A DNA stretch of 64,000 nucleotides, taken from contig CP128815.1 in assembly GCA_051546255.1 (NCBI GenBank), forward strand, positions 868,001 to 932,000, read 5' to 3'. Below, piece by piece: positions 30,880-41,206 of the stretch. The stretch is from Meyerozyma guilliermondii. Its lineage: Eukaryota. The translations under genes and the position numbers were made by a program. The notes beneath the pieces were generated by a model. The model was given only the letters and a program-made list of their open reading frames with translations, was not told where the DNA came from and did not search any database. The first letter of the stretch is position 1, and each line of letters begins with the position of its first letter.

Positions 30880-32274
30880 TCAAAACTCCAAAGTGTCATC
30901 ATCGCGACCTCTTTTGCCGGAATCCTTCAATTCATCTTTGAGAAGATTGTTGACGAATTTCTGGAAATACTCGACGTAGGGTTTCAAGCTAGTTTTCTCA
31001 TATTCCGATATTCTTTTGTCAGCTTCCGATTCACCGTCTTCCAATGGTTGGCTAGAGTCCCGATTCACTCTCCTTACGTCCCAGACTTCAATCTCATTTT
31101 GAAGCTGCCTAAGATTTGGCGCATTTGTAGGGTTGAAACCATAGTCGTCATCTTCTTCGTTATTCGACAAGTTATGATGAGGATCGAAGGGTACACAGAT
31201 ATTTCCAGTGCTAGGGTGGACACAGAAGGGAGATTTAAGAAGATGGATTAGTTGCTTGGACACCTCGATATCCAAACGTGGGTACATGTAGAAGAGAATG
31301 ATATCCTTCTTTGCTTCATTGAGAGCGTTAACTTGGTTTTGGTGCTTGAGTATCTTTTTTGCAATCACGGTTATGTCCTCCCATTTTGACATGGAGGTGG
31401 AAACCGATGTCTGCAGTTTCCATTTGCGACGAAGTTCCTCCTGGAGAGGCTTCTCTGGCACGTAAGAAAGGAGAGTTTCGACTTGTTCCCAACTTTTGTC
31501 GGAGGGCTCGCTTGATGATGTGTTCCAAGGATCTTGTTCCTTGAGTATGATATCGACAAACTCGTTTTTGAGAAGGTCGAATGAGCGCTCAACATGCGGA
31601 TGGAATGGTCTCTTCAAGCTGAGCAGATTCTTGCCTTGGCGATTCAGTCGAGATCCCAACACATCTAGGTATTCCACAATGGATTTTCGAGTTGTCTCAT
31701 CAAGGCAACGTGCGCGGGCATCACTGACCCAGCAATGGGCACCACGTCTTCCGGAAAATACCCATATTAAGCGATTGAACCCAAAATCTTCTCGTAACGC
31801 GGCATCGAGAATCTTGATTGCAACCTGGATAAAACGCCAGCATTTCTTACAGATATCGGTTCCCGAACAGCAGGTTCTAATTTCGTCGTAATCTGTCAAA
31901 TCGATATCGAATACCAACTCTTTTGCAAGTGGCTTGAGAGCCTGTTTGGGAAGCCGTTTCCTCTCTTTGGGGTTGACAGAATAAACCGCACCGACTTCAA
32001 ATCTTGTAGGATTTGCTTGAACCACTGACTTTTTGAATTCTTCGAGATTGGAGAACGAGTTGTAACGCTGATATGCGCCAGTTCTATACTCGTATGCAAA
32101 CTCACGCATAGTGAAGTCTTTTGAAGGCTTTGGTGAATGATTCAACCATTGAAAAATTTGACGAAAAGGAAGTAATCTTTGGTAAAAGAAGAGCATATCA
32201 GACGAAGATACGCCTGAATCGGCAGGAACAGCCGCTTGTGATGGTACGGGATCTGCCATGGCTTCTACTGTCAT
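30880..32274 (-). CDS. PRI1: DNA primase small subunit
   Basis: KELVFDIDLTDYD, VFSGRRGAHCW, YPRLDIEVSK, HLLKSPFCVHPSTG. Confidence 0.97.
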   Translation of the reverse strand: MTVEAMADPVPSQAAVPADSGVSSSDMLFFYQRLLPFRQIFQWLNHSPKPSKDFTMREFAYEYRTGAYQRYNSFSNLEEFKKSVVQANPTRFEVGAVYSVNPKERKRLPKQALKPLAKELVFDIDLTDYDEIRTCCSGTDICKKCWRFIQVAIKILDAALREDFGFNRLIWVFSGRRGAHCWVSDARARCLDETTRKSIVEYLDVLGSRLNRQGKNLLSLKRPFHPHVERSFDLLKNEFVDIILKEQDPWNTSSSEPSDKSWEQVETLLSYVPEKPLQEELRRKWKLQTSVSTSMSKWEDITVIAKKILKHQNQVNALNEAKKDIILFYMYPRLDIEVSKQLIHLLKSPFCVHPSTGNICVPFDPHHNLSNNEEDDDYGFNPTNAPNLRQLQNEIEVWDVRRVNRDSSQPLEDGESEADKRISEYEKTSLKPYVEYFQKFVNNLLKDELKDSGKRGRDDDTLEF

Positions 32275-32283
32275 TCTATGAAG

Positions 32284-32297
32284 ACGCGTTTTTCGCG
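32284..32297. promoter_or_regulatory. MCB (ACGCGT) plus SCB-like (TTTCGCG) element upstream of PRI1
   Basis: ACGCGT at 32284-32289 and TTTCGCG at 32291-32297, directly upstream of a replication gene. Confidence 0.65.
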
Positions 32298-32391
32298 ATG
32301 AAATGTTTCGCAGTATTTAGGACTGTATTTAGTCGGTCGGACTGAGTATAGTACGACCATTGAACTCTATGCTACATCTATTATTTTTCCG

Positions 32392-33642
32392 TTAAGCGGT
32401 AGGCACAAACACCAACGATACCCCTTCGTCACCGGCAGTTACGAATTTGGAACCATTTTCCAAAATTGCAAAATCCAATACTCCCATATTATGGCCCATT
32501 CCCACGAAAACCTCAGCACCAGTACGAGCATCCCATTTGTAAATTCTTCCATTCATACTCGAGCCCACGAGGAAGGGAGTTTGCTCAATGAACTGTAATT
32601 TCGTAATTGCATCGTCCACCTTGAAAGAGCTTCTAACCCTCCACTGTAATGTGTCGAACAATATAACATCTCCAGACACCAATCCCACGGCTAAAAGGTT
32701 GACCAGCGGAGCTTGGCACCACGCTAATGCTTCCAAAGAAAGCTCATATTGATCTTCAACATCCTCGAGAACCTTAACCGTGTGAACAACCTTTCCTGAA
32801 TCGTTATTTATGATAACTAGTTGTCCATCACGACCGCCAACAGCAATAATATTCTTGTGTGCTTTAATAGATACGAACGGACTCTCCACGTTTTTGAAAT
32901 CAGAGTCTGGCAGAAGCTTGTAGTTCACAGTTCCAGTAAATGCATTCCAGTTGATAACGGTACCGTCTTCCGCTACGGTGACGAGTTGGACATCATTTTG
33001 TGCATCGGCAGTTTCAATGAATTGTCCATTGTTGCATTCAAGCGTGTGCAGAAATCCTGAGAAAAGCTGCTCTAATTGGCCATTTTGATCGATCTGGTAA
33101 CACCATACTGACCCATCGTTGGCTCCAAATGCAAATATGGGAAGAACGGGGTGTGTTTGAATCCACAATACTTCTTCCACCTCCTCCAACTCAGAGCATT
33201 TGGTCCACTTCTGACCACCTTTTTGCGACTTGTGTACTTGAATGAACCCTGTCATGTCTCCAGAAACGACAAATTTACCATCAGCTGTGAAACTACCAGC
33301 TACAACTGACTCTTTATGGCCGGTAAGCTCACCGACAAACCGAGGTGGCTGCGAATGGGTTGTCCATAAAAACGCCGTATTGTCTCCACCGCCAGTAGCA
33401 ACCAAGGGCAACGTCGGGTGCTTGAATACGCAGAATATCGAGTCTTTATGCTGGTCAAAATAACTCCATGAATTGTTTGACATATCAATTTCAATGGCTT
33501 CGTCATCGCCCATTTGATCATCTTCGTCCATATCGTCATCTATATCTTCAGGACGACCGTCGTCAACAACCTCCTCGTCAACTTCGTTGGCGTCGACATA
33601 CTCGACTTCTTCGGAATACTCCTGGTTCTCCGTATCAGACAT
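32392..33642 (-). CDS. SQT1: WD40 chaperone of Rpl10
   Basis: Acidic N-terminus, EIDMSNNSWSYFDQHKDS, WD repeats, GHNMGVLDF, TAGDEGVSLVF; start MSDTENQ at 33642. Confidence 0.92.
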   Translation of the reverse strand: MSDTENQEYSEEVEYVDANEVDEEVVDDGRPEDIDDDMDEDDQMGDDEAIEIDMSNNSWSYFDQHKDSIFCVFKHPTLPLVATGGGDNTAFLWTTHSQPPRFVGELTGHKESVVAGSFTADGKFVVSGDMTGFIQVHKSQKGGQKWTKCSELEEVEEVLWIQTHPVLPIFAFGANDGSVWCYQIDQNGQLEQLFSGFLHTLECNNGQFIETADAQNDVQLVTVAEDGTVINWNAFTGTVNYKLLPDSDFKNVESPFVSIKAHKNIIAVGGRDGQLVIINNDSGKVVHTVKVLEDVEDQYELSLEALAWCQAPLVNLLAVGLVSGDVILFDTLQWRVRSSFKVDDAITKLQFIEQTPFLVGSSMNGRIYKWDARTGAEVFVGMGHNMGVLDFAILENGSKFVTAGDEGVSLVFVPTA

Positions 33643-33964
33643 GATAGAAGCAAAGACAAAATGAATTATTTCTAAGCGATGCGATATCCTGCAGGTAGCC
33701 ACCCATATGATAGGAATATAATACAAGGGTGCTACAGAAAATTCGTCCATTGTCTTTCATTAATTTTTCTTTCATTATCTTTTATTTCATTATCTTTATA
33801 ATCCTCAAATTTTCTTTGGTTTGTTTTTCATTACTTTTCTTCCTTATCGTTTCTTATCCTTTCCTTTCCTCCTCCCATCCTTCATCGCCCCACCTGCAGT
33901 CCGGTGCGCCTTTTTCACAAGGACAAGTTTCCACATTCACGCTGGTTCCACCCACCACACCGCC

Positions 33965-34918
33965 ATGTTTGAACAGCTCTCGACGTTCCCGGGGTACGAC
34001 CAGGTGCTTACCGGGGCCAAAAAACTCTTTGGGCGTATAATACAGACGGGACCGGTTCCCAAACACGTGGCAATTATAATGGATGGAAATCGAAGGTATG
34101 CCAGAAGCCACAAGATGGAGATAAGAGAGGGTCATAATATTGGATTTGAGACCATGGCCAGTGTGCTCGAGCTTTTGTTTGAAGCTGGGGTGGAATGTGC
34201 GACAGTATATGCATTTTCGATCGAGAATTTCAAGCGACTGGCTTACGAAGTGGAAGCCCTTATGGATATGGCGAGACTGAGACTTTGCCAAATACGGCAG
34301 CACGGTGAGCTTTGTGAAAAATACGGAGTCCGGCTCCGGGTTGTGGGCAACCGCAAACTACTTCCGGTGGATGTACAGCAAATTGTTCAGGAAACCGAAG
34401 ATATGACCAAAAATAATACGCGAGCGGTTCTCTACATGTGCTTCCCATATACCGCCAGAGACGACATGACGCAGCTGATTCGAAACGTGGTGGCCGAGTC
34501 ACTTATCAACCCGGAGTTTGAGATCTCAGAATCGGCGTTTAATCACTTTTTATACACCCCTCCATTGGACCTTTTGATTCGTACCTCGGGCACCTACCGA
34601 CTCTCGGACTTCTTATTATGGCAGTCGGTTCTGCCTAAATGCTCGGTGGTGTTCAGCGACCGGCTCTGGCCGGAGTTCAGTCCGCTTCACATGGCCAAAA
34701 TCTTGCTCAATTGGAGTTTTAACACCTATTGGTACGGCCATGGAAACGGGTTTGTAGTACTGGCACCCGGTGACAGCGCTCGCGCACAAAAATCTCCGGT
34801 ACCGGTGCCAGATTCTGCCGAGGACGATTATAGTGACTCCAGCAGCGATGCAGCCGTCGATGCCGCCGTAGAGGAGGAAGACACTTTCACTTCAGACGAA
34901 GACCCTATAAGTAAATAG
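33965..34918 (+). CDS. RER2: cis-prenyltransferase (dehydrodolichyl diphosphate synthase)
   Basis: PKHVAIIMDGNRRYA, VYAFSIENFKR, DLLIRTSGTYRLSDFLLWQ, LWPEF; start ATG 33965. Confidence 0.92.
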   Translation: MFEQLSTFPGYDQVLTGAKKLFGRIIQTGPVPKHVAIIMDGNRRYARSHKMEIREGHNIGFETMASVLELLFEAGVECATVYAFSIENFKRLAYEVEALMDMARLRLCQIRQHGELCEKYGVRLRVVGNRKLLPVDVQQIVQETEDMTKNNTRAVLYMCFPYTARDDMTQLIRNVVAESLINPEFEISESAFNHFLYTPPLDLLIRTSGTYRLSDFLLWQSVLPKCSVVFSDRLWPEFSPLHMAKILLNWSFNTYWYGHGNGFVVLAPGDSARAQKSPVPVPDSAEDDYSDSSSDAAVDAAVEEEDTFTSDEDPISK

Positions 34919-34951
34919 TTGGCATATTTATTACATTACATCATCTGAACC

Positions 34952-34978
34952 CACGTGATCGGGCCCTGTCTTGACTCA
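34952..34978. promoter_or_regulatory. CACGTG and Gcn4 site TGACTCA upstream of HIS1
   Basis: CACGTG 34952-34957, TGACTCA 34972-34978, HIS1 ATG at 35013. Confidence 0.65.
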
Positions 34979-35012
34979 TTGCGACGTTGGTTGATATCTA
35001 AAATTTGCAACT

Positions 35013-35975
35013 ATGGATTTGGTAAATCATCTTCCTGATAGGTTGTTATTCGCTGTGCCGAAAAGTAAGTTTTTCTACGTTGTTTTGTCCATTGTTCAAT
35101 ACTAATTTTCAGAGGGAAGACTTTATGAAAAATGTTGTGAACTCATGAAAGGTGCCGATATCAAATTTAGAAGAAGTAACCGACTCGACATTGCTCTTTC
35201 TACAAACCTTCCAGTCGCTATCATTTTCCTTCCTGCCGCAGACATCCCAATATTCGTGGGCGAGGGTAATTGTGACTTGGGTATTACTGGTCTTGACCAG
35301 ATTCAAGAAGCAGACATGTTCGATTCGGTTGAAGATTTGTTGGATTTGGAGTTTGGAAATTGTAAATTGCAAGTCCAGGTTCCTGCTGAAGGCGAGTACA
35401 CTAGCGTTGACCAATTGGTGGGCAAAAAAATTGTCAGTTCGTTCACTAAACTCACCACCGACTACTTTAAAGGTGTAGAAAAGGTTGAATCAGCTTCTGA
35501 TGTTACTACAAAAGTAAAGTATGTTGGTGGTTCGGTAGAAGCTTCTTGTGCTTTGGGTGTGGCTGATGCCATTGTGGACTTGGTGGAAAGTGGAGAAACC
35601 ATGAAAGCTGCTGGTTTGAAGGCCATTGAAACTATCTTGGAAACTTCAGCGCACTTGATTTCGTCTAAGACTCCAAAGCACCCAGAACTCGTCAAGAAGA
35701 TTCACCAACGTTTCGAGGGTATCATGGCTGCTAAAGCTTATGTTGTCTGTACTTATAATGCACCTAGAAGCATTTTGAAAAGTGTGTTGCCTGTTACGCC
35801 TGGAAGAAGATCTGCCACCATTTCTGTGTTGGAGAAGAAATCTGAGGAAGAGGAAGAATGGGTTGCTGTTTCTGCAATGGTGTCTAGAAAACGCATTGGA
35901 GATGTCATGGACGAATTAAAGAAGTTGGGAGCATCTGACATCCTTGTGTTTGAGCTTTCGAATTGTAGAGTTTAG
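35013..35975 (+). CDS. HIS1: ATP phosphoribosyltransferase; exons 35013-35064 and 35113-35975
   Basis: Spliced N-terminus MDLVNHLPDRLLFAVPKKGRLYEKC; DLGITGLD, DAIVDLVESGET, SNCRV end. Confidence 0.96.
35065..35112 (+). other. 48-nt spliceosomal intron in HIS1
   Basis: GTAAGT...TACTAAT-TTT-CAG; removal restores the PKKGRL motif. Confidence 0.9.
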
Positions 35976-35988
35976 TACACTAAATAAA

Positions 35989-37314
35989 TTATAGACTTAA
36001 AGTTTCTATGAGCTGAAACAATGCACCACTATGTTTCTGACTAGAAAGCTCTTTATACTTGCCTGAGCTGAAAAACTTGGACATTTCGGCTTCTATTCTG
36101 GAACATACCTCAACATAGTCGTCGACGGTATTGAACACTTGACACGAAAACCTAGCATACACCTTGTTGTAATAGATCAGAAATGGAACAAAAGTCGACT
36201 GGTTGAAGCATATTTGCTCCTCAAGGTATAACAAACAATCTGCAAGCTCTGATTTGTTGAAATCTGTAGGCAAGTACTTCTCGATTGGTACCTGAACATT
36301 AAATAATGCCGTACTTGGAGCACCGTCAACTTTCAACACTTTCATTCCTGGCCACACTTTCGTGGTGATTTCTTCAGCTGCGTCCTCGGAAAGTTTATTG
36401 CAATAGTCCTGAATGTTCTTTTCACCTCCACAGACCTCTTCTCTGAATTTTATTGCCTGGGGAATTGTGGCTATCGACGCTTTGTTTTCGGTGCCAACAA
36501 ACTGAAATCTATCGATTAGCCTGTATTCTTCAAGATGGTCAGGCAACACTTGATCATCAGCAAGATAAGAGTGTGAAATCGGAATGGTGTGGACTTTGCT
36601 AAAGTGTTTTGGATCAACGTAGAGGAATGCGCAGCCACGAGGAACATACAACCATTTGTGGATGTTGCTCACCAAAAAATCAGGCTTCAAAGTGTCAATT
36701 GAAATATCAATGAGGCCGATTCCATGAGCTCCATCAATTAACGAAAGAACGTTCTCTTCGCGGCACAATTGTGTCAAGCGTTCAAATGGAAACCTTAGCG
36801 CCGGCTTGGACGAAACTGTATCGAAGAAACACATCGTGGGCAGGTGTTCTTCAATAGCTGCTGCAAAATAATTGACAATATCGTCTTCTGAAGCAGGTAA
36901 CTTTATTTCCACTGCAATCGCTTCAATGAGTCCCTTATCTTCCAAAAACTTTATTGTCTTGGAGCATCCACCATACGTTGTGGAAGCATAGACAATCTTA
37001 TCGCCCTTTTGAAAGGGAAACGACCGCAACACGGTGTTGACTGCGGTGGTAGCATTGCCCACAAGTGCCAACGATTTGAAGTCACAATCCACCAAACTTG
37101 CAATCGCCTTCAAAGCATCAATGTACTCCTTACGCTGGTCGTACCTCAAGTACTTTTCAATAAACTTGTTTTGCTCCATGGTATGGTCACAATACAGTTG
37201 CAAAATCACATCGGGAACGTTACCAAATGATCCATTATTCACGTCAATTACGTCCTCTGATCTTGTATTGAAGTGTTTTCGTCCAAACTCCTTTCCAAAT
37301 TCTACTTTTCCCAT
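35989..37314 (-). CDS. PLP-dependent class-V lyase (Egt2/LolT-like C-S lyase)
   Basis: NNGSFG, NATTAVNTVLRS, IDGAHGIG, PDFLVSNIHKWLYVPRGCAFLYV, PISHSY, FQFVGT, ARFSCQVFN. Confidence 0.8.
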   Translation of the reverse strand: MGKVEFGKEFGRKHFNTRSEDVIDVNNGSFGNVPDVILQLYCDHTMEQNKFIEKYLRYDQRKEYIDALKAIASLVDCDFKSLALVGNATTAVNTVLRSFPFQKGDKIVYASTTYGGCSKTIKFLEDKGLIEAIAVEIKLPASEDDIVNYFAAAIEEHLPTMCFFDTVSSKPALRFPFERLTQLCREENVLSLIDGAHGIGLIDISIDTLKPDFLVSNIHKWLYVPRGCAFLYVDPKHFSKVHTIPISHSYLADDQVLPDHLEEYRLIDRFQFVGTENKASIATIPQAIKFREEVCGGEKNIQDYCNKLSEDAAEEITTKVWPGMKVLKVDGAPSTALFNVQVPIEKYLPTDFNKSELADCLLYLEEQICFNQSTFVPFLIYYNKVYARFSCQVFNTVDDYVEVCSRIEAEMSKFFSSGKYKELSSQKHSGALFQLIETLSL

Positions 37315-37619
37315 TTTGTCACAATCAAGAAAACGGGAAAAAGGGCCGTTTTATAAGGTCCATGAGTCACTGTAATAGTCATAAAAATACGAATTTCACT
37401 TGGAATACCACATACGAGAAATGACAAGTAACTTTTACCGCGAGCCGAACAATTTCAATTGTACAAAGTAGTCGCCCCTAATACAATAATTCGATTACTC
37501 AATTACTCGACTACTGTATTTATGGCTGAATCCTCGCACTCAATATTGTCTTGAATTCGCTCTGTGCGACATTTTCGTAATCATTCGCGCCACCGGACAA
37601 GCCTTATTCTCCATACAAC

Positions 37620-38984
37620 ATGTCAAGAGAAGATCCCTTGAAAGCTGAGAAAGACTACTCAGCAACCTTGGACGAGCAGTTTCCGTTGATTGAGAAATTG
37701 ACAGACTACAAGGCAGCCGTCGAAAAATACTTGGTATTGGAAAAGCAAACCAGACAGTCGTCAGATGTGGCTTCTTCCAAGCGGGTTTTGGTGAAGATTG
37801 TCGACACTTTGGCACAGAATCGTGACTGGGAGTACTTGAATGAGTTGATCACTTTGTTGTCCAAAAAACATGGTCAGCTTAAGTCGTCAATCCAGCAGTT
37901 TCTTCAGTCCACCATAGACAAGTTGGAGTTACTTTCTGACGATGATAAGTCTGAGTTGGAAACAAAGGTGAAACTCATCGAAACCATCCGTACTGTGTCT
38001 GACAAAAAGATCTTTGTGGAGTTGGAGCGTGCCATTGTGTCTCGTAAGTTGTCAGAAATATACTTGGAAAAGTATGATAATTTGGACAAGGCAACAGAAA
38101 TCTTGTGTGATTTGCAAGTGGAAACTTACTCGTTGATGACATTTTCAACAAAGATAGATTACATCTTGGAACAGATCAGATTGACGTTGAAAAAGGGTGA
38201 TTATGGCCAGGCCCGTATCTTGAGTCGTAAGATTCTTCTCAAATCGTTGAAAAATTTTGAAAAAGCCGATTTATACAAAGCCACCTACTTGAAAGACTTG
38301 AACAAAATTGGGTACCATGAGAACGATTTCATTGATATTGTCAAAAACTCGCTCTTGTTGATTGAAATCCCATTGATAAAGGAGGATAAACCTCAGTTGG
38401 ACAATTTGTTGGTTACAATCATTTACTGCATTGTTTTGGCACCTTACGATAACTACCAGCTGGACTTGATAAATAAAATCAAAGCAAACTCTGTGTTCCG
38501 CAAGAATGTTGATGCCAAAATCTATGACTTGTTGGAGGTGTTCACCACTAATGAATTGATCCATTGGCCCAAAATTGAGGCCACCTACAAAGAAGAATAC
38601 TTCAGCAAAAACTGTATGTTTCGCAAAGAATCCAACTATAAGAACTTGCAGAACAGAATTGTCGAGCACAACTTGCGAGTAATCAACAAATACTACCTGA
38701 TTATTAGGCTTGACCGATTAGCCTACTTGCTTCAATTATCGAATACAGAACTGGAGTCTTACATTTCAGAGTTGGTGAGCAAGGGAATGATCTCAGCTAA
38801 GATAAATCGCCCCGAAGGCATCGTCAAGTTTGATAAGGTTGGCAAATCGGAGAGTCCTGATAATATCAACAGCTTGTTAAACGACTGGTGTTACGACGTG
38901 GACAAGTTGTTGGAAGAGATTGATAGCATTGGGCATTTGATCAACAAGGAAGAGTTGATGCACGGAATTAAGCAGAAGGTATAG
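37620..38984 (+). CDS. RPN5: 26S proteasome lid subunit (PCI)
   Basis: LEKQTRQSSD, LSKKHGQLK, KIFVELERA, LQVETY, RIVEHNLRVI, AKINRPEGIV, HLINKE. Confidence 0.96.
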   Translation: MSREDPLKAEKDYSATLDEQFPLIEKLTDYKAAVEKYLVLEKQTRQSSDVASSKRVLVKIVDTLAQNRDWEYLNELITLLSKKHGQLKSSIQQFLQSTIDKLELLSDDDKSELETKVKLIETIRTVSDKKIFVELERAIVSRKLSEIYLEKYDNLDKATEILCDLQVETYSLMTFSTKIDYILEQIRLTLKKGDYGQARILSRKILLKSLKNFEKADLYKATYLKDLNKIGYHENDFIDIVKNSLLLIEIPLIKEDKPQLDNLLVTIIYCIVLAPYDNYQLDLINKIKANSVFRKNVDAKIYDLLEVFTTNELIHWPKIEATYKEEYFSKNCMFRKESNYKNLQNRIVEHNLRVINKYYLIIRLDRLAYLLQLSNTELESYISELVSKGMISAKINRPEGIVKFDKVGKSESPDNINSLLNDWCYDVDKLLEEIDSIGHLINKEELMHGIKQKV

Positions 38985-39017
38985 AAAGTACACGTATTAT
39001 TTCTCTAAGTTTTGCTA

Positions 39018-40370
39018 CTAAATGATGAAGGCACCCACAGCCAAGGCGAGGGAGATCAAAGCACCAGAAGCAGAAGCGACAACGGCATCACCCTTTTTGG
39101 ATGATGACGAGCTGCTGGAAGATCCACCAGAGCTTTGAGAACCGGAGGCTTTGGTTGCAGAAGAACCTGCTCCAGTTCTAGTGCTCTTATCTCCACTGTC
39201 ATCATCGTCATTACCCTTTGCAACACAAGCCCATTGAGTGCTAGCATCAAAACCGTTACCCTTAGGGTCTTCAACACCCTTGATGTACTTCAAGGCACCT
39301 TTTGGAGTGTCTGGAATCTTGTTGGAAGCCTCCCACTTATCAGATTGGGGTGGACAGTTGTTGTGGGGTAAGTCTTCTTGGAACGAACCATCACCACTTG
39401 GGTTCAGAGTCTTCGAGAATTCGGACTTCAAGTTGTCGAAATCGTCATTTGGAGTAACGGTTTTGTTGTCACTTGAGATCTTGACTAAACCATACTTGTT
39501 AGCTTCTTCGGAGTACTCGTAAACCAATCCTCCAGAAAAGACTCCGGTCATATCAGTGGAGTAAAGAGATTCAACTTCGGTGAATGGTCTTGGAGTAACC
39601 TTGTTACAGCCGTATTCAGAGAAGAAGAGTGGCACAGAATAATTGGAGTAATCCTTCACTTTTTCGTCATAACCGGAGGTTTTGAACGAGGATTTTCCAC
39701 ACCACGAGTAGTCGTTGAAACCGAACATATCCACACGAGCCATTTCGTCGTCACCACAGTTGAAGTACATGGCGGTTTCCAATCTGTTCTCGGCAACATC
39801 GGCAGCAGAGTAACCCACTGGAATAGCTCTAATCTTTCTGTTCTTGATAAATGTCTTCATGTCTCTGACCACCGCCTTGACATAGCTGGCAGCCTTGGTG
39901 CTGTCCTCGTCATTGATGACTTCGTTGGCAGCGAAGTAACCCAAAGTGTTGTCGTATTTGGCCATTTTGAGCACGGTAGCAAGAACTTCGTTCAAGTACA
40001 TGGTGTTGTACGAGCACTTGGCGTCGTCTCTGGCAATGGAAGCGTTAGGAATGTTGACATCGAAAATAACGTAAATACCAGCATCCGCCAACTTTTCCAT
40101 ACATTCATCGTGATCGGCAGTGTTGTCGATGGAGTAAATTCTGATGGTATTGATTCCCAATTCCTTGAAATACTTGATATCACGCTCACAAGTATCTGGG
40201 TTGGCCAAAGGATCGATCAAGGTGGAAGATCCACCGGGCTGGTAATCAAGACCCCTAATATAAAATCTCGAATCTTTGACAAAGAAAGCATTACCTTTAA
40301 CTTCCACTGGATCCAAGGCCAAACAGGACACAGCAGACAAGGCAAGACCGACGAGGTTTGAAAGTTTCAT
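39018..40370 (-). CDS. GPI-anchored GH72 1,3-beta-glucanosyltransferase lacking the X8 domain (Gas5/Pga4 type)
   Basis: Signal peptide, RFYIRGLDYQPGG, AANEVIN, IPVGYSAAD, FSEYGCN, SGGLVYEY, Ser-rich linker, hydrophobic GPI tail. Confidence 0.9.
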   Translation of the reverse strand: MKLSNLVGLALSAVSCLALDPVEVKGNAFFVKDSRFYIRGLDYQPGGSSTLIDPLANPDTCERDIKYFKELGINTIRIYSIDNTADHDECMEKLADAGIYVIFDVNIPNASIARDDAKCSYNTMYLNEVLATVLKMAKYDNTLGYFAANEVINDEDSTKAASYVKAVVRDMKTFIKNRKIRAIPVGYSAADVAENRLETAMYFNCGDDEMARVDMFGFNDYSWCGKSSFKTSGYDEKVKDYSNYSVPLFFSEYGCNKVTPRPFTEVESLYSTDMTGVFSGGLVYEYSEEANKYGLVKISSDNKTVTPNDDFDNLKSEFSKTLNPSGDGSFQEDLPHNNCPPQSDKWEASNKIPDTPKGALKYIKGVEDPKGNGFDASTQWACVAKGNDDDDSGDKSTRTGAGSSATKASGSQSSGGSSSSSSSSKKGDAVVASASGALISLALAVGAFII

Positions 40371-41108
40371 TTTTGGTTCAAATTAAACAACGAGTGGATT
40401 GTAGTGGTGTTTATAAAAAAAGATGTGCGGGCCAAAAACCAACTTAAGCGATAGACTGCAGCAGAAAAACAAGTGAATGCGAAAACCCCGGTAAATGGTT
40501 TGCTTTTTATATCGGCGCTATTATCCTGTACCCAGAGCTTATAACCACCGCGAATCAAGTACCTGCCGTAGACCCCAGCGACGCTATATAAAGTTTAGAT
40601 CATTGACACCTTGCCGCCTCAAATAGCACGCGTCGCAAGCACTGCCACTACCAAGAATTTTGCCGGGTCTGGAGTGATTTGGCGACATTTACTTGGCATT
40701 ATTCGCAGAATGGAGCCGCACAAAAGCCGTCTTTGCAGCAATTCTTTTTTTGGGCGCAAAACAAACTTTGAAACGAAGACTTGGCGCACGTGTGAAATGG
40801 GATTGTTTCAAAATAAATGATTTAGATGTGGTACAATATTCACGATATTATTGCTGAGTTTCAGCATCAAACTTGGACTACCCCACTTATTTGTGCGGCG
40901 TTAAGTAAGCCACCATTCGCGACGGTATTTTTATATTTATGAATCAGTCGAATGCTATTTTTGTCGCTTGTGTGCAGTACTTTGTGATCGTGAGAGGTTG
41001 AATCGCCTTGGCAACGCTTGGCACAAACAAAGTGACCGCAGCAAATCGTGTTGATGTGCAACGTAAATAAACGAGTTTTGGTGCCATCAAGGTGGTTTGC
41101 ATCAGCCG

Positions 41109-41119
41109 GGACTCGAACC
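41109..41119 (-). promoter_or_regulatory. Isolated Pol III B-box (GGTTCGAGTCC)
   Basis: Exact B-box consensus GGTTCGANYCC with no complete tRNA cloverleaf around it. Confidence 0.45.
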
Positions 41120-41206
41120 CCAGATCAAAAACCCTGAGAGTGCCTCCACGCACCCGGCCGGGTAATCCCTGTGTCGCATATCGGTGTCTTCAGTTTCCAC
41201 ATAGTT

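Noticed and set aside
33729..34040. Hydrophobic 103-aa ORF and N-terminal extensions of RER2/SQT1
   Set aside because: They translate a T-rich divergent promoter from non-ATG starts.
41090..41170. Intact tRNA gene
   Set aside because: Only the T-loop/B-box and a 3' strand are present. There is no complementary 5' acceptor strand, D-arm or anticodon arm.
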